Assembly (NCBI GenBank): GCA_002811645.1 | Contig: PDIP01000190.1 | Coordinates: 1 to 40,207 of the forward strand | From: Corallochytrium limacisporum Hawaii | Lineage: Eukaryota; Protista; Pluriformea | DNA length: 40,207 bases | Reading direction: 5' to 3' | Shown here: positions 1 to 11,570 of the stretch, one piece after another | Layout: each line of letters begins with the position of its first letter | Position numbering within the stretch: the stretch's first letter is position 1 | Made by a program: the position numbers and the translations under genes | Notes under the pieces: model-generated | Told to the model about the DNA's origin: nothing | Seen by the model: the letters and a program-made list of their open reading frames with translations, nothing else | Databases searched by the model: none

Positions 1-3000
1 GGGGCCCGCGGGGAGGCCCAACATACACCCCCGCTTTCCTAAATTAAAACGAAGTGTCCACCCCCCCCCCCTCTCCTTCGCAATCCCTTCCCGTCCTGGG
101 GTTGTGATCTGCGAAGTTGGATAGATTTTTCTCTGACGCTCTCACACTGGTGGTGGCACCCAGGGGTCAAAGATTCCAATAAAAGTTTTTGTTGTATGGA
201 CCCTGTTGTTTTTGTTTTGGGCCGAGCAACGATATTGTCCATGTTTTCACTATGAAATTGTCCGGCAGGGTTCCGCCATGTTCATCATTTACTTCTACCA
301 ATGAGCACTCCGTCGCCACCGGAAGTATTGGCGCAATTTCACCAAAACACAAGAATAGCCACAACGACTCCCAATGTGTTTCTCCGACATGGCCTTTCTA
401 TTGTTTTTGTATGTGAAAAGCAAGAGGCAAGCAAGCAAAAAAGAAAGGAACGGAAGGAAAGGTGGGTGACGGATCGGACGACGGTACTGTGGCTTGGCCG
501 CAACGCACGGAGGTTGCTAATCTGATGAACCCTGTCGTATTGGATACCCCATTCTAGTCTGTGTTACTGATCTGTACATTGTAGTCTGCTCACGGACCCG
601 AACGACCACGGTGTTGGCTCGTATTCCATCGTCTCTAATAGTGTGCTGTAGGTATAGAGATCGGACCACGGAACCCGGAAGAATGTGCATCACCTCGCAT
701 TATGGATCCGCTCAACTTTGCCGGAACTGCGCATCCGCAATCATGTTTACGTGTGTTGTGCCACGCAAACCCATGACCATCACTTTGCGTCACCAACACT
801 ATCTGAATACTCTATGCTGTCACACATGCGGCATCATAGAAAGACGTTGTGATTAGGTAATCAACTGTCTTGGGTACGCATCCCGTGGACAAGATACTTA
901 CCAGAAGGGGATAATCTCCCCACCAAGGAAGGCAACCATAACTAACTGAAGCCTGCCCACTCCGGTTTAACTCCCCTGTTTGCAATTTTTCCATTCCTCT
1001 TTTTGTTTTTGCTATTCATTATGTACCGCCGGAGTGGGCATTCTGAAACTGGCTGGGAATTTTTGGGGGTGTGTTTTTTTCTTTGTTTCGTGGTGGTGGG
1101 CCGGTTGGCCGACAGACACGTAAACATGGCTGCACACCTGAGAACCCAAACAACCGGCACCAGGGAGACTTCTGTAAACTCTGTATTTCCTGAGCGCAAG
1201 AACAGTGCAAGAACAACCGCATCGAAGAAGCCAACTGACGCTATAAGGACATTTTGGCCCCTCTCTCTCGGTGTTTTGTGTGTTTTGTGTGTGCTTGTGT
1301 GTGTGTGCAATTCTCTTTTTGGTTGTGTGCTTTGGGCGGTGGGGGCCCGTGCGGACCGACCGCTCGACTGGTGGCCGGCCCCGCCGATTTCAAGACCTTA
1401 TCTTTTTTTGTTTAGTGACGATTCATGAAATTCATAAAAAAAAAGAGAGGGGTGGGGGTTGATTGTACATAACAAATGGAATATTAGTTACACCGTATAT
1501 TTCTCGTGTCACAAAGAAGCAAAAACAAGAAAACAACGAAAAAAAATTTGCGAGGGGCCGCGAGAGAGGGAGAGACAGACAGACACAGACACAGAGAGAG
1601 TGTGAGAGAGAGAGAGCAGGAAAGCAAAAAACTCGTGTGTGGGGATAGAAGGGTGGATGGGGGTTTGTTTTGAATTCATCTTCGCTATTATTATTACCAC
1701 TAAAGGGTGTCAATGAGGAAGGGAAGCCTAAGAGGAGGGGGGGGGTGTTGGACTGGCTGTCACGATCACCGCATCTACCAACACTGCGGCGGCGGCCGCG
1801 GTTCGCTGGGTACCATGGACATCACACGGGAGTGCACGACCTTTACTCCAAATGGGAAATGCGCCACGAATCCACATCGTCCATACCACGAGATACATGG
1901 TGGACAAGGTTTCAGGATGGCGCCATAGCAACTTCAATTCAGTACTCAAACTATGGTATTCGCGAATGCACGATATCACTGATGGGCCCGTTGGCGCCAG
2001 AAGTTTTCAAGCGCACCACCAGCGCCGCAGGTGGTGTCAGTTTTTCAGTGTGTGCGATTTCTTAGGGAGTTCCTGCCGGAAGGAAATTATGCAAGAGTGG
2101 CTCTCGGACTATTCAGCTTCTGGGAGTGGTCGCGGACACAAATGCGTACTTGCTTTGTTTGCAAATAAAAGTCAGTACAAAATGTACTGTATCCGTACCG
2201 GATATTTTATATTCAGATGTCCGTTCCTGTCCTGACTATTTTTATTCATGCTTTGTTTTGGTCCTTTGTTTTCTCTCCAGCGCGAACCAGCCTTCCGGTC
2301 CGTTCCTTTGAAATTCGGAAGCGCGACGGGAGAAGGAAGGAGGGGGAGGGGGAGGGGGAGGGGGAAGTAATGGCTCGAGCAGGGAGTGACTGTTGTTGTT
2401 TTTTCTTTTGGCGTTTCTTTTTCTTTTTTTTTTTTGCTCGGGCCAGACACGGACAACCGCCGCACCGCCCGGCGGAAGGAAGTGGAGGGGCCCAAGTGGC
2501 GTATACATAAGAAATGTTTCTGTGGGATCCTTTTCCATTTTTCTTCTTTCGTTTTTTAATTGTTTTGATCTTTTGTTAGATCCTGCATTTTTTGGCGGCG
2601 ATGCTTGTGCATTCTTTGTTTCAGTTTCATTTATTGTTCGTTTATAACAATACAGAAAATATAGAGGGAAGTGAGATAGACCAACAATTGCGGTAGATTT
2701 AATACCCCCTACCTGCGCTCCATCTCAAGACGAACAGATGAATGCTTGTAAGACTAATACAAGAGGGATATACAAATACGCCCGGTCCGCCCCCTCCCCC
2801 GGCGGGAGGGGAGGGGCGATGGCGATCTTTGGTATTGTTGTCCGGGTAGGGCGATACGATATAGTCCCTCCCGCTTGGTATGTACAATACGTTCATTATA
2901 TGGACGTGGGATATTGGAAACCCAAGCCCCCTCCTTCTCCGATCCCACAGGCAACACACACAAAGAAAAAGCAGGGAGTGGTTAAAACTAAATGGAATTC

Positions 3001-4195
3001 TGGGATCGCACTCAATCTCTCCGCACCTCCACCCCCCCCAAAAAAAAAATAGGAAAAAGAAAAAGAGAAGAAAATAGCCAGTAGTACAAAAAGAAAACAA
3101 ACGAAAACGTCTCCATTCTTTTTTGCCCTGGAACTGCCAGTTCAAGCACACACACACACACCCCCCGGGAAGGACCCGTGTAAAGTGTCGCACAGGTTAC
3201 GGGCCTTTTGGCCACGGCCTCTGCGCGGTGAAAGAGGATGAGATCCCTCTTTGGAAATGGAAAATAAACAAATAACACCAAAAAGGATCAAAAAACGAAG
3301 GAGAAAATAAGTTACTGGCACCCAAAAAAAATTACACGGTCGGGTCATATTGCATCTGCGCTGGCAAAAATGTAAAAACTGCAAAATTCTGGGGAGGAGT
3401 AGGGCTGCCGCGCACGGTTGGGTGGTTGGGTTTGGGCGGTCGGTGGGGTCTTGAGTTGGTTGGTGGGCTGGACGCGGAGCACCAGAACCCCGTACTTAAC
3501 CTAAGAAGCACCAGCAGGGAAGGCACAGAGAGCGAGGGAGAGTGCTTAAACGCAAGCAAAAAAAAAGGAAATTGGAATCAAACCGTTCGGGAGGAGGAGT
3601 CGGGGAGACGTGTGAGTGTTGTGTGCGTTGTGTACTTTGAGACTGCAAAGGCGGGAAGGGGAGTGAGAGGAGGAGAGGGGGGGGGGAGNNNNNNNNNNNN
3701 NNNNNNNNNNNNNNNNNNNNNNNNNNNNNNNNNNNNNNNNNNNNNNNNNNNNNNNNNNNNNNNNNNNNNNNNNNNNNNNNNNNNNNNNNNNNNNNNNNNN
3801 NNNNNNNNNNNNNNNNNNNNNNNNNNNNNNNNNNNNNNNNNNNNNNNNNNNNNNNNNNNNNNNNNNNNNNNNNNNNNNNNNNNNNNNNNNNNNNNNNNNN
3901 NNNNNNNNNNNNNNNNNNNNNNNNNNNNNNNNNNNNNNNNNNNNNNNNNNNNNNNGGGAAAGGGGAGAAGGGGGGAAGGGACGAAAGGGGGGGGGGCTGG
4001 TGTGTATGATTGTCCGTTGGAGACCTGCTGCGGTCTCGGTCTCCCATTTACTTTTTTGCTAACAAACCCACTGGAATGGTTGGTCAATGGTCGCGGAACC
4101 TCCCCCCGGGAGGGGGGAGGCGGATTTGGGGATGGGTCCAAGGATGCTGCTGCTCAACCATGGGAAAAGCAGATTACGTGCAGTGGTCATCGGAA

Positions 4196-4213
4196 CATTG
4201 ATGGTTGTCTGAT
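4196..4213 (+). promoter_or_regulatory. Upstream element CATTGATGGTTGTCTGAT (copies also at 10674, 16492, 22388, 26222, 30657)
   Basis: 18-mer at -208 to -214 in six of seven A genes, with one mismatch in total. Confidence 0.7.
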
Positions 4214-4302
4214 CTGACTCCTTGTCGGGACGGGAAGCTAGCAATGTCTGCGGTGTCAGAGTTGAAAGAGTCTGCTACGCCTGTGTGCTTTTGGAGCCCG
4301 TG

Positions 4303-4313
4303 CTCGTATTTAA
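4303..4313 (+). promoter_or_regulatory. TATA-like box CTCGTATTTAA of A1
   Basis: Same 11-mer at -100 to -103 in all seven A genes. Confidence 0.75.
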
Positions 4314-4408
4314 GCGCTCCATAACCGTGATCACCAAGATACGGGACCTTGATCGACAAGGCTGGACCATATTGTCTGCACAAATTATATCACTGCTAGT
4401 TTGCAAAA

Positions 4409-5071
4409 ATGAACTTCAAGATTGCTGCCCTTGCCGCTGGCGCGGCTGTCGCCTCTGCTGGTTCTGTTGAAACCATCCCTGAGATTGTTCGCCAGACCAT
4501 TGCCTCCCAATCTGATCTGTTCACTAGCGAGGCTGCTCGCCAGCAGTTCCTCGAGGGCGAAGATCCCGTTGAAAGGCATACCGACATGTTCATTGGAAAG
4601 CAAACCAACTTTGGAAAGACCGATTGCACAGAAGCCGACACTGTCAAGAGCCCTGCCGTCGCTTGCGCTGTTTTCAGGCTTGAAGGCGACAATAAAGAGA
4701 TCATCGTGGACAAGGACGCCCGGATCGGTGGCACCTTCACTATTGGAGACCAGGAAACCGAGCTAAACTACAAGCTAGCTAACAACAAATATGCATGGAC
4801 CTGGAACATGAACGGCAATCACGCTCTACCCGACGATGACGCGACTTTCAGTTTCCAGATTGGTAAGGAAGGTGAAACAGCAGTCCTTGATGTCACGAAC
4901 GACTGGATCGATCCTTTGTTTGTGCTCCAGCTCCCCAACGACTGGCTCTTCAACGGCCAGCGCCTCTTCTGGTACCGCTCTGCCGGCGGCCATGTTAAAC
5001 TGGATAGCGTGGACGGTGAGGATCGGTTCTTGTGGTGCGGTGTGCTTGCCGAACCCAAGTGCCTCGCGTGA
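4409..5071 (+). CDS. Family A secreted protein A1 (220 aa, uncharacterised; subtype shared with A5)
   Basis: ATG-initiated ORF with signal peptide MNFKIAALAAGAAVASA; family motifs SEAARQQFL, FIGKQTNFG, C-x12-C, RLFWYR, WC-x7-C; CTCGTATTTAA box at -103 and AATAAA at 5112. Confidence 0.93.
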   Translation: MNFKIAALAAGAAVASAGSVETIPEIVRQTIASQSDLFTSEAARQQFLEGEDPVERHTDMFIGKQTNFGKTDCTEADTVKSPAVACAVFRLEGDNKEIIVDKDARIGGTFTIGDQETELNYKLANNKYAWTWNMNGNHALPDDDATFSFQIGKEGETAVLDVTNDWIDPLFVLQLPNDWLFNGQRLFWYRSAGGHVKLDSVDGEDRFLWCGVLAEPKCLA

Positions 5072-5111
5072 TGAAAATTCTTTACTTTTCATCCACAAAA
5101 CGCTATACCGT

Positions 5112-5117
5112 AATAAA
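5112..5117 (+). terminator. Polyadenylation signal AATAAA of A1 (also 11617, 12788, 17424, 23290, 31588)
   Basis: AATAAA 36-47 nt after the stop codon in six of seven A genes. Confidence 0.65.
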
Positions 5118-5321
5118 ACACATCACATTGACTACCCTCCAATGGGTTAATCTAGTTTGCATATAATATGGAGTAGTTCACCACATCCGCGTTCTAGATG
5201 CAAACGGGAAGATGACATGGTCCGGCGAGCATGGATGCCACTGGCCACCGATGATGACAAAAAAAAGGGTTCGGCCTCATGGCCTCGATTTCGCTTTACC
5301 CTTGGCCACAGCGTAGTAGGA

Positions 5322-5575
5322 GCAAGAGGCCCTTTGGATGTCGTCAACCTGTACTCGATTCCAAGAAAAAAGTTGCACCGTTCGAGTGTCGGCACCAAAG
5401 TGCTCTGCAACGACGCCGCAGATGCTAATCCATCCTTTCCCCTCGCTGTTTTTGGGGCTAGCACTTCTTGAAACGAAACGTTTGCTTGGCTGACGGACAG
5501 CAAAGTTACGCGTAATTGCTTGGTAAACCACCAAGACTCATGGTCGTCTAATAAGCAATGGTGGATCCGATAGGT
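5322..5575 (-). pseudogene. Internally deleted remnant of a B4-type family B gene with its 5' flank
   Basis: 5481-5500 TTTGCTTGGCTGACGGACAG is identical to 24551-24570 (B4 5' flank) and similarity continues to ~5570. 5341-5400 resembles B4 3' coding pieces (TCGTCAAxCTGTAC, AAGAAAAA, GGCACCAAA). Start codon and TATA-like box are lost. Confidence 0.7.
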
Positions 5576-5959
5576 CTGAACGCGGCCAGAAACAATATGA
5601 ACTTAGTGCGGCAGGTTTATGTTTGGGAAGGCTACAAAACTCCTTAGCCAACTTCGGAGACCACAGCACAATTAAAGTGCATGGAAAGGACATGCTCTCA
5701 TTTGATCACCCTTTAGAGGTTTAGTTTGAGTGGATAGAGAGCAGTGAATGGGTATGCCTGTGAACAACGACGGGCGTAGACACGGAGTCTGTACAAACCA
5801 CATCAATCTCTCCTTTTTTCAAACATTACACACATAAACACGTACTACAAACTCGTTACCACAATCGTCTATTAGACAAATAGTCAGGGTTCTAGGCCGC
5901 AAATATCAACGGCCGTCAAACACCTCTTATTTCGAACGGAAGTGCTTCATTCGTGACCA

Positions 5960-6154
5960 CTAGGCAGCCAGAGCCGCAAAATCTCTACTCAGTTGAAAAT
6001 AAGCCACATTCAACATCATAACTTGCTCGCCCATACCCGCAAGATCTGCGGACAGAACTTCCGGCCCCACTGGCTGTTGCGGCGGAATCGCAGGCGCGCC
6101 GGCGATCGCCTGGACGGCAGCAAACGCGAACACAATGGTCTTGATAAATTGCAT
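5960..6154 (-). CDS. Small secreted peptide precursor (64 aa, uncharacterised)
   Basis: Signal peptide MQFIKTIVFAFAAVQAIAG, Pro-rich linker, helical-looking C-terminus; GTATTTAA box at -102, the same spacing as in A and B genes. Confidence 0.72.
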   Translation of the reverse strand: MQFIKTIVFAFAAVQAIAGAPAIPPQQPVGPEVLSADLAGMGEQVMMLNVAYFQLSRDFAALAA

Positions 6155-6248
6155 GACTGAATATTCTCTTACTTTGTTGCTTGCACCCTTTGAACTTGGA
6201 TACTGATCAACTCCAAAGGATCCTCACAACCCAGCACGGCATGGCCAT

Positions 6249-6256
6249 TTAAATAC
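6249..6256 (-). promoter_or_regulatory. TATA-like box GTATTTAA of the small peptide gene
   Basis: At -102 from ATG 6154. Confidence 0.62.
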
Positions 6257-7551
6257 CTCACCAGGGCCCCTGACGGCCAGCTCAGAAAGGTAGGTGCAAA
6301 ATTTTGGCCAGAATAGAACAAATCTTGGTGACCACATCGTGGTTAATATCCGAAACCCCTCTTGCAAGCGTGACAGCCATGTAGCTCCCCCGGGAACAGT
6401 ACTGGGTCCTCCTCCCCCTCCCCCCCGCAGGGGGGAGGGCGGGGCGAGCTGGGGCGGCCCGCCGTACGGACGTTTCTGCGCCCTGCCCCACCTTTGGCCA
6501 TCTTCCGAATCCGTTCCAATGCGGTAGAATTTACTCGCCTGTTCTTTGACTGGAAGAATTTGTGTACACCAAGGCCCCCCCAAGGCAAGAGATCTGACGA
6601 GTGCGTTAAGTCTGCGCAAGAATTGCGTCAACCAGACCCGTCATTGGCGTATCCGGGCAGTCAATTGGGGAAGGTGAAAGAGTTTTTCCGGTCGGTTCCG
6701 TCTGAAGCATTGCTTGGGCCTGGTTACCACACCCAGATAGATTTTACAGGTGACTTCCATAAGTGCTGCGCAAAGCCAGCCAACATAGAAGTTTACACAT
6801 TTTGAATGTTTACAGTAAACAACGCTTGAAACTCGGCGTGACCAGATCGCTCGCTTTTTCCGTGGCGAGGAATGTCCCCCCTTTACGTAGACTTTCCAAT
6901 TGGGTAAAAAGCTTCCCAATATTTTGCCATCTAAAGTAAGGGATGTGCTCCCGTGTCCTGTGGTCCAACAAGATGACAACCAATCTATACTGAGCATGTG
7001 GCGAATTTTATTGGATTGCTCCGGCGGCAGTTGCTCTCTTAGGGCCTCTCTTGGTCCCTAAGAGGACAGCTTGCCCCGACCCCTTGTTGTTGTGTGGTGG
7101 TTGGAATCGCTCTGCTTCGTAGACAACGGTGACATACGGGGATCCTGGTCCGCTCGATCACCTACTCTACAGCGCGCGTGCGTCGTGCTTAAGTCATGGG
7201 TGAGTCCTCGTCGTTTCGCACCGAATTCAAGAAGCTGTGGTGTAGTTTTGTTGGAAATACGCCCCATTCACCTAAAGGATCCACACAGTACAGTACAGAA
7301 TATTCTATTCCCAATTTTAGCTTTGTTCCGGCTTTTCTGCCCAGCTCCGACTATGTGTGCGCAGACTACAAACAAAAAGACGTGGATCCATTGGGGCTCA
7401 ATTGTTTGCATAGTAGATCCGACACATGCAAGCAGGATGTCCATGCTACTTCACTGAGAGATGAATTGAATGTCTAGTACATATATGTATATGTATGCTG
7501 GGCGTAGTTGATGACCGTCTTGTAGTTGGAACATGTAGTGCACATGTTTAC

Positions 7552-8157
7552 TTAGCACTGAGGAATAGCGACATAGACGCAGATCATGTCGTAGATCTCG
7601 TTATATTTGAGTGGACCGAAGTTGTACGCAGTTGCTCGCTCACCCGAGCTGTAGACTTCGCCCGCGACTACGCTGTGCTTGTAATGGTGGTCCACAACTT
7701 CAAGTCCATCCGTACCCTCACCAGTAAGGGTGAGTGAGAATGTGTTCGCCTCATTGATATTCATAGGTTCCATGTTGTTCCAAGACAGGTCTCGATTACG
7801 ATCGTCGTGTTTGATTTCCCACACGTTCTCTCCACTCGTGAGCTTACCATGCAAGAGTTTAGGATTGCCCTCTACGTACATCATTCTGTTGTTGTCATCG
7901 TGATCAATAGAGTAGAGAGCACAGGCGAGACCTTGTTCCGAAACGGACTTTGCGTGAAGGCCGCAATAGTAGCTCTTCTGGTCCCCGATGAAAACATCCT
8001 GGCCTTCTCCACTGACGACAGAAGAGATGGGAGACATCCCAGTGAGTGCCAGCATACGCTGATTCAGAAGGGAGGTGGCGAGTTCGTTAGCGCGAGGGGT
8101 TGGATGCGCGGCCACAGCGGCAACGAGACCGGTGAGGATGATTTGCTTGAACAACAT
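7552..8157 (-). CDS. Family B secreted protein B1 (201 aa, uncharacterised)
   Basis: Signal peptide MLFKQIILTGLVAAVAA; motifs DVFIGDQ, C-x13-C, PMNINE, FGP, C-x7-C; four other intact paralogues in the window. Confidence 0.93.
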   Translation of the reverse strand: MLFKQIILTGLVAAVAAHPTPRANELATSLLNQRMLALTGMSPISSVVSGEGQDVFIGDQKSYYCGLHAKSVSEQGLACALYSIDHDDNNRMMYVEGNPKLLHGKLTSGENVWEIKHDDRNRDLSWNNMEPMNINEANTFSLTLTGEGTDGLEVVDHHYKHSVVAGEVYSSGERATAYNFGPLKYNEIYDMICVYVAIPQC

Positions 8158-8245
8158 TGTTTCTTGGTTAAGAAATAGGAAGCTTTCACGTAACTCCTTG
8201 GTATGCGACTACGATTCAAGGTCGCTTGATCAGTACAGTGGCACT

Positions 8246-8254
8246 AATAAATAC
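8246..8254 (-). promoter_or_regulatory. TATA-like box GTATTTATT of B1
   Basis: Same 9-mer at -96 to -98 in all five B genes. Confidence 0.72.
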
Positions 8255-8335
8255 CAGCCATACCACCTTCTTCCTATACTATGCTTACAGCTCCAGAAAA
8301 CTTTGCACATATTGCTGTTGCACTTGGATCCTCTG

Positions 8336-8414
8336 CATTAAGGTTGTCAAATGAGCATGTAGGCTCTAGATTAGAAACAGGAGTTAAATTTGGGCCAGAT
8401 TGACAACCTTAATG
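8336..8414. repeat. Perfect 15-bp inverted repeat with 49-bp spacer upstream of B1
   Basis: CATTAAGGTTGTCAA (8336-8350) and TTGACAACCTTAATG (8400-8414). Confidence 0.85.
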
Positions 8415-10783
8415 GCTTGATCGTCACACGCCAACGGACGTCTTCCACCCTTTCCCGGGCTCCGCATCCCTTTCCCTCCCCCTCCCCCCTCCCACCCCCT
8501 CCGGGGACGGGGCCCTTTGTGTGTCAGCCGGTTTGTTCCCTCCTTCCGGTAACCTGTCTCAATACCGGGACCCTCTCATGTTTTGCTGCACTCGCTAAGG
8601 CGGGACTTGTTCTGGCCCGTTTCGTGGGCGGCTGTTGGAGGGAGGTGGGGAAGGGGGGGGGGGGACCGAAAGAGATGGTCGGGGATTCGCACCCCACAAG
8701 GAGGGGAATGCCTCGGCTCTCACACACTCTGCCTAAGAAAGAGGCACCGAGACGGAAGGAAACACGAGTCAAAGGGGGAGGGATGCACACCATCCGAGGG
8801 TAGCGTTGTTCGTCCAATCCTTACAGGGTTGGTTTTGGATGCCACATGACACATGGGGAGAATGTCGATGGTCGATGCTATCAAATACCATGGAACGACT
8901 GAATGTAAATGGGTGTCAAGGATGGCCGTGTCATTCTATACAGGAAATCTAATCCGAGGGACCCTGTCGCATTGGATGCACCAAGAATATGAATAGCTTC
9001 ACAAGCGCTCCATAGTAGTTTACATAATGGAATCCCAACCGAATGTACTCAACGACCGGGAGATCATGTGCGGCTGGCGTCCTTCACTAATTTATGAAGG
9101 AAACTGGATTCCAAAGCAGATGGTGGTACGACACCTAGTGCAGCATACCCTTTCGTCACCGTTTGTCCAGATAGGCAAGTGGGAGTATACTCGAAAGCGA
9201 AGGGTGTATTTACAGTGTATAATGAGTTCGGTGTGTAGGACTTGTCTTCTCTCGCCCTGATGGGCAAGTGCTCTACAGTCAGAGATGAATAAAATGGTGA
9301 TCGCACCACATATTGCAAAAGAGAGTCCGTTTTTGTGTTTGTTTTGGCATTGCCCCGGAAGAAAAGGTACCACCATTTGGGTTCCTAAACATATGCGAGC
9401 CAGTCAGAGGACGCCTTATTTAGTGTCCGCTTGGAAGGGGAACTGGTTTCTTCACTTTCCCCATCCCCCTGTCCGACCGATGGTTGAGTGATTGGACCCG
9501 ACCCAGGGCAGAGCCCACCTCCATTAATTTTGGCAGATCTCCTTACTCCGTTAGGAAATATAGACCTTGCTCGAACGGTAAAACAAGAGAATATTTTTTT
9601 GGGGGGGGGGACCCTTATCTCTGCCTCAGTACTCAAGGACGAAGCAAACACATTCGTCACGCGACCGCTATCTTTTGGCTTTGGACAACCTTCGTGCAAT
9701 ATCAGATCCCGCATAACGGTGAGGACTATGGTTTTTTCGGATAAAGTACATACAACCGGATCCCGAGAACAACACTATGTTTAATAAGTTTGCAACTTGT
9801 TCCAGGATGGCCCCATGGCAACGGCAACGCGGTACTCACTCAATGGCAAACTGCCTGAAACGGGGCCTGGTCCTGTGGGTGTGTCCATAGTAAACAGCTG
9901 GCTTTTTTTTTCCTTCTTTCTTTCTGAAGAGAAAAACTGTTCTTAGGTTGTCGTTCCCTCCCCTCCGGAGATTAATAAATGCACGCAAGGATAGAATGCA
10001 CGTACTACGGCATCTTCCATCGCCAGCCTTGACATGTATTCCAAAGTTTTGGGTTCCGATCGTCTTGGGTATATGTTTGGTGAGCGTCTTCGAGGACATT
10101 GGAGAGCCCCGTTATGGTTCGGTGCTGCTTTCCCAACCCCGGTCCACAGCATCGAAACACGTGGTGCATTGGATGCTATATCGTAAGCAAACAATCCTTG
10201 GATGCTAGATGAGCCTCTCACAATATGGTGCAGTCGGTAATTGACAAGATATATTGTTACCATAGGATGGCTGCAGAAAAACACTATCATCGTCTCGTTA
10301 TCTGGCTAGCCTGCCGCCCAAAGTCAGGGGCGTTTTCAACAAGCAAAACAACGCAATGTGAGAGCATGATACCTAACATAAGGCGGAACACCTGAGCTAA
10401 TTGATGTCGAAGGGCGGTGGTGAAGTGTGACTCACCTGAAACGAAATGGCTAGTTTCTGGCTGCATGGCTCACCAACACGGTGCGCAGGCAGGTGGTACC
10501 CCGATGTCAAGATGATGTAATTCAAGACAGGGAACGGGAGGGGAGAAACGTTCGACCCCGGGGGAGGGGGGGGGGAAAGGACCTTTGGCAGTCGTTGTGT
10601 GTGTGGGACTGTTGGTGGGCGAGGTTCTCATCGGCACCTGGGAAAAGCTAGTAGCACACTATGGTCATCGGGACATTGATGGTTGTCTGATTCACCACCA
10701 TTGCGGTACAGTGGCAAGCAATGTGTGCAGCTGCAAAGTTAAAGAAACAGAGATTGCTCTGTTGCGTGCTATAGGTCACTGTG

Positions 10784-10794
10784 CTCGTATTTAA
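10784..10794 (+). promoter_or_regulatory. TATA-like box of A2
   Basis: CTCGTATTTAA at -100. Confidence 0.75.
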
Positions 10795-10886
10795 GCTCAT
10801 CCACTTGGTTGATCACCAAGAGTAGATCTTGATCGACAAGATTGGACCACATTGTCTGGATCAATTCTATCATTGCTAGTAGCACA

Positions 10887-11570
10887 ATGAACTTTAAAAT
10901 CGCTGCCCTGGCTGCTGCGGCCGCCGTTGCTTCTGCTGATCCTTTCGATGGTAATGCTCCTCAGGGCATCCCCCAGATTCTGCGCGATGCCCTCGCCCAG
11001 AACCAGGAAGCATTCGCGAGTGAGGAAGCTCGCCAGAAATTCTTGGCAGGTGAAGCTGATGGTGTTAAGGCGAGCAACTGGTACTTCGGCACTCAAACAA
11101 CGTTCGGAGACGGTGACTGTACTGACGCTTATAAGGTCAACTGGATGAGTGTCTTTTGCGCAGCCTACAAATTGGAAGGTGAAAACAATGAAGTTGTCTT
11201 GTACGATGACTTCGAAGTCGGTGGCCATATCGAGTTCGCAGAGGACAAGATCGTTGAGATCGACTACAAGCCCTCAGGAAATAATAACGGATGGGAATGG
11301 AACTTCAAGGAAAGGACCGTCAAGCTTGAAGGGAAGCAGGACTTTAAGTTCGTTATTCGTGTGAAAGATGCGGAAGATAACACAACGACTATCTACGACG
11401 AAACCAAAAATTGGCACGACCCTCTGTTTGCTTACCAACTTCAAGGGGGTTGGATTCTTGCAAGACAGCGTGCTTTCTGGTATCGTTACGGACCTAAGCC
11501 CATGGAAGACAGCGAAGACTTGAACATGTGGTGCGCCCTTCTGGCACAACCCAAGTGCGAAGGGATTTAG
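10887..11570 (+). CDS. Family A secreted protein A2 (227 aa; subtype shared with A4 and A7)
   Basis: Start moved from the ORF-track 10842 to ATG 10887 (MNFKIAAL), matching paralogues; box at -100; AATAAA at 11617. Confidence 0.93.
   Translation: MNFKIAALAAAAAVASADPFDGNAPQGIPQILRDALAQNQEAFASEEARQKFLAGEADGVKASNWYFGTQTTFGDGDCTDAYKVNWMSVFCAAYKLEGENNEVVLYDDFEVGGHIEFAEDKIVEIDYKPSGNNNGWEWNFKERTVKLEGKQDFKFVIRVKDAEDNTTTIYDETKNWHDPLFAYQLQGGWILARQRAFWYRYGPKPMEDSEDLNMWCALLAQPKCEGI

Larger units (their letters stand above)
90..5291 (+). repeat. Older duplication homologous to ~18759-23445 (spacer plus A1/A5)
   Basis: Collinear blocks: 90-860 vs 18759-19550, 1813-2065 vs 20196-20436, 4075-5290 vs 22270-23445. 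Confidence 0.85.

Noticed and set aside
1670-2235. Recurring ORF peptides MGNAPR.HIVH...SGWRHSN (also 14809-15225, 20209-20436) as a third gene family
   Set aside because: Similarity switches reading frame between copies and lengths differ; explained by DNA-level duplication of the spacer
3426-4217. ORFs spanning N-gaps or low-complexity tracts (also 20625-21227, 29487-30506, 39457-39927)
   Set aside because: Open only because of Ns and simple repeats
4354-4378. GACAA...TTGTC mini-hairpin in the A-gene 5' leader
   Set aside because: Only a 4-5 bp stem, broken in A3 and A6, no compensatory changes seen
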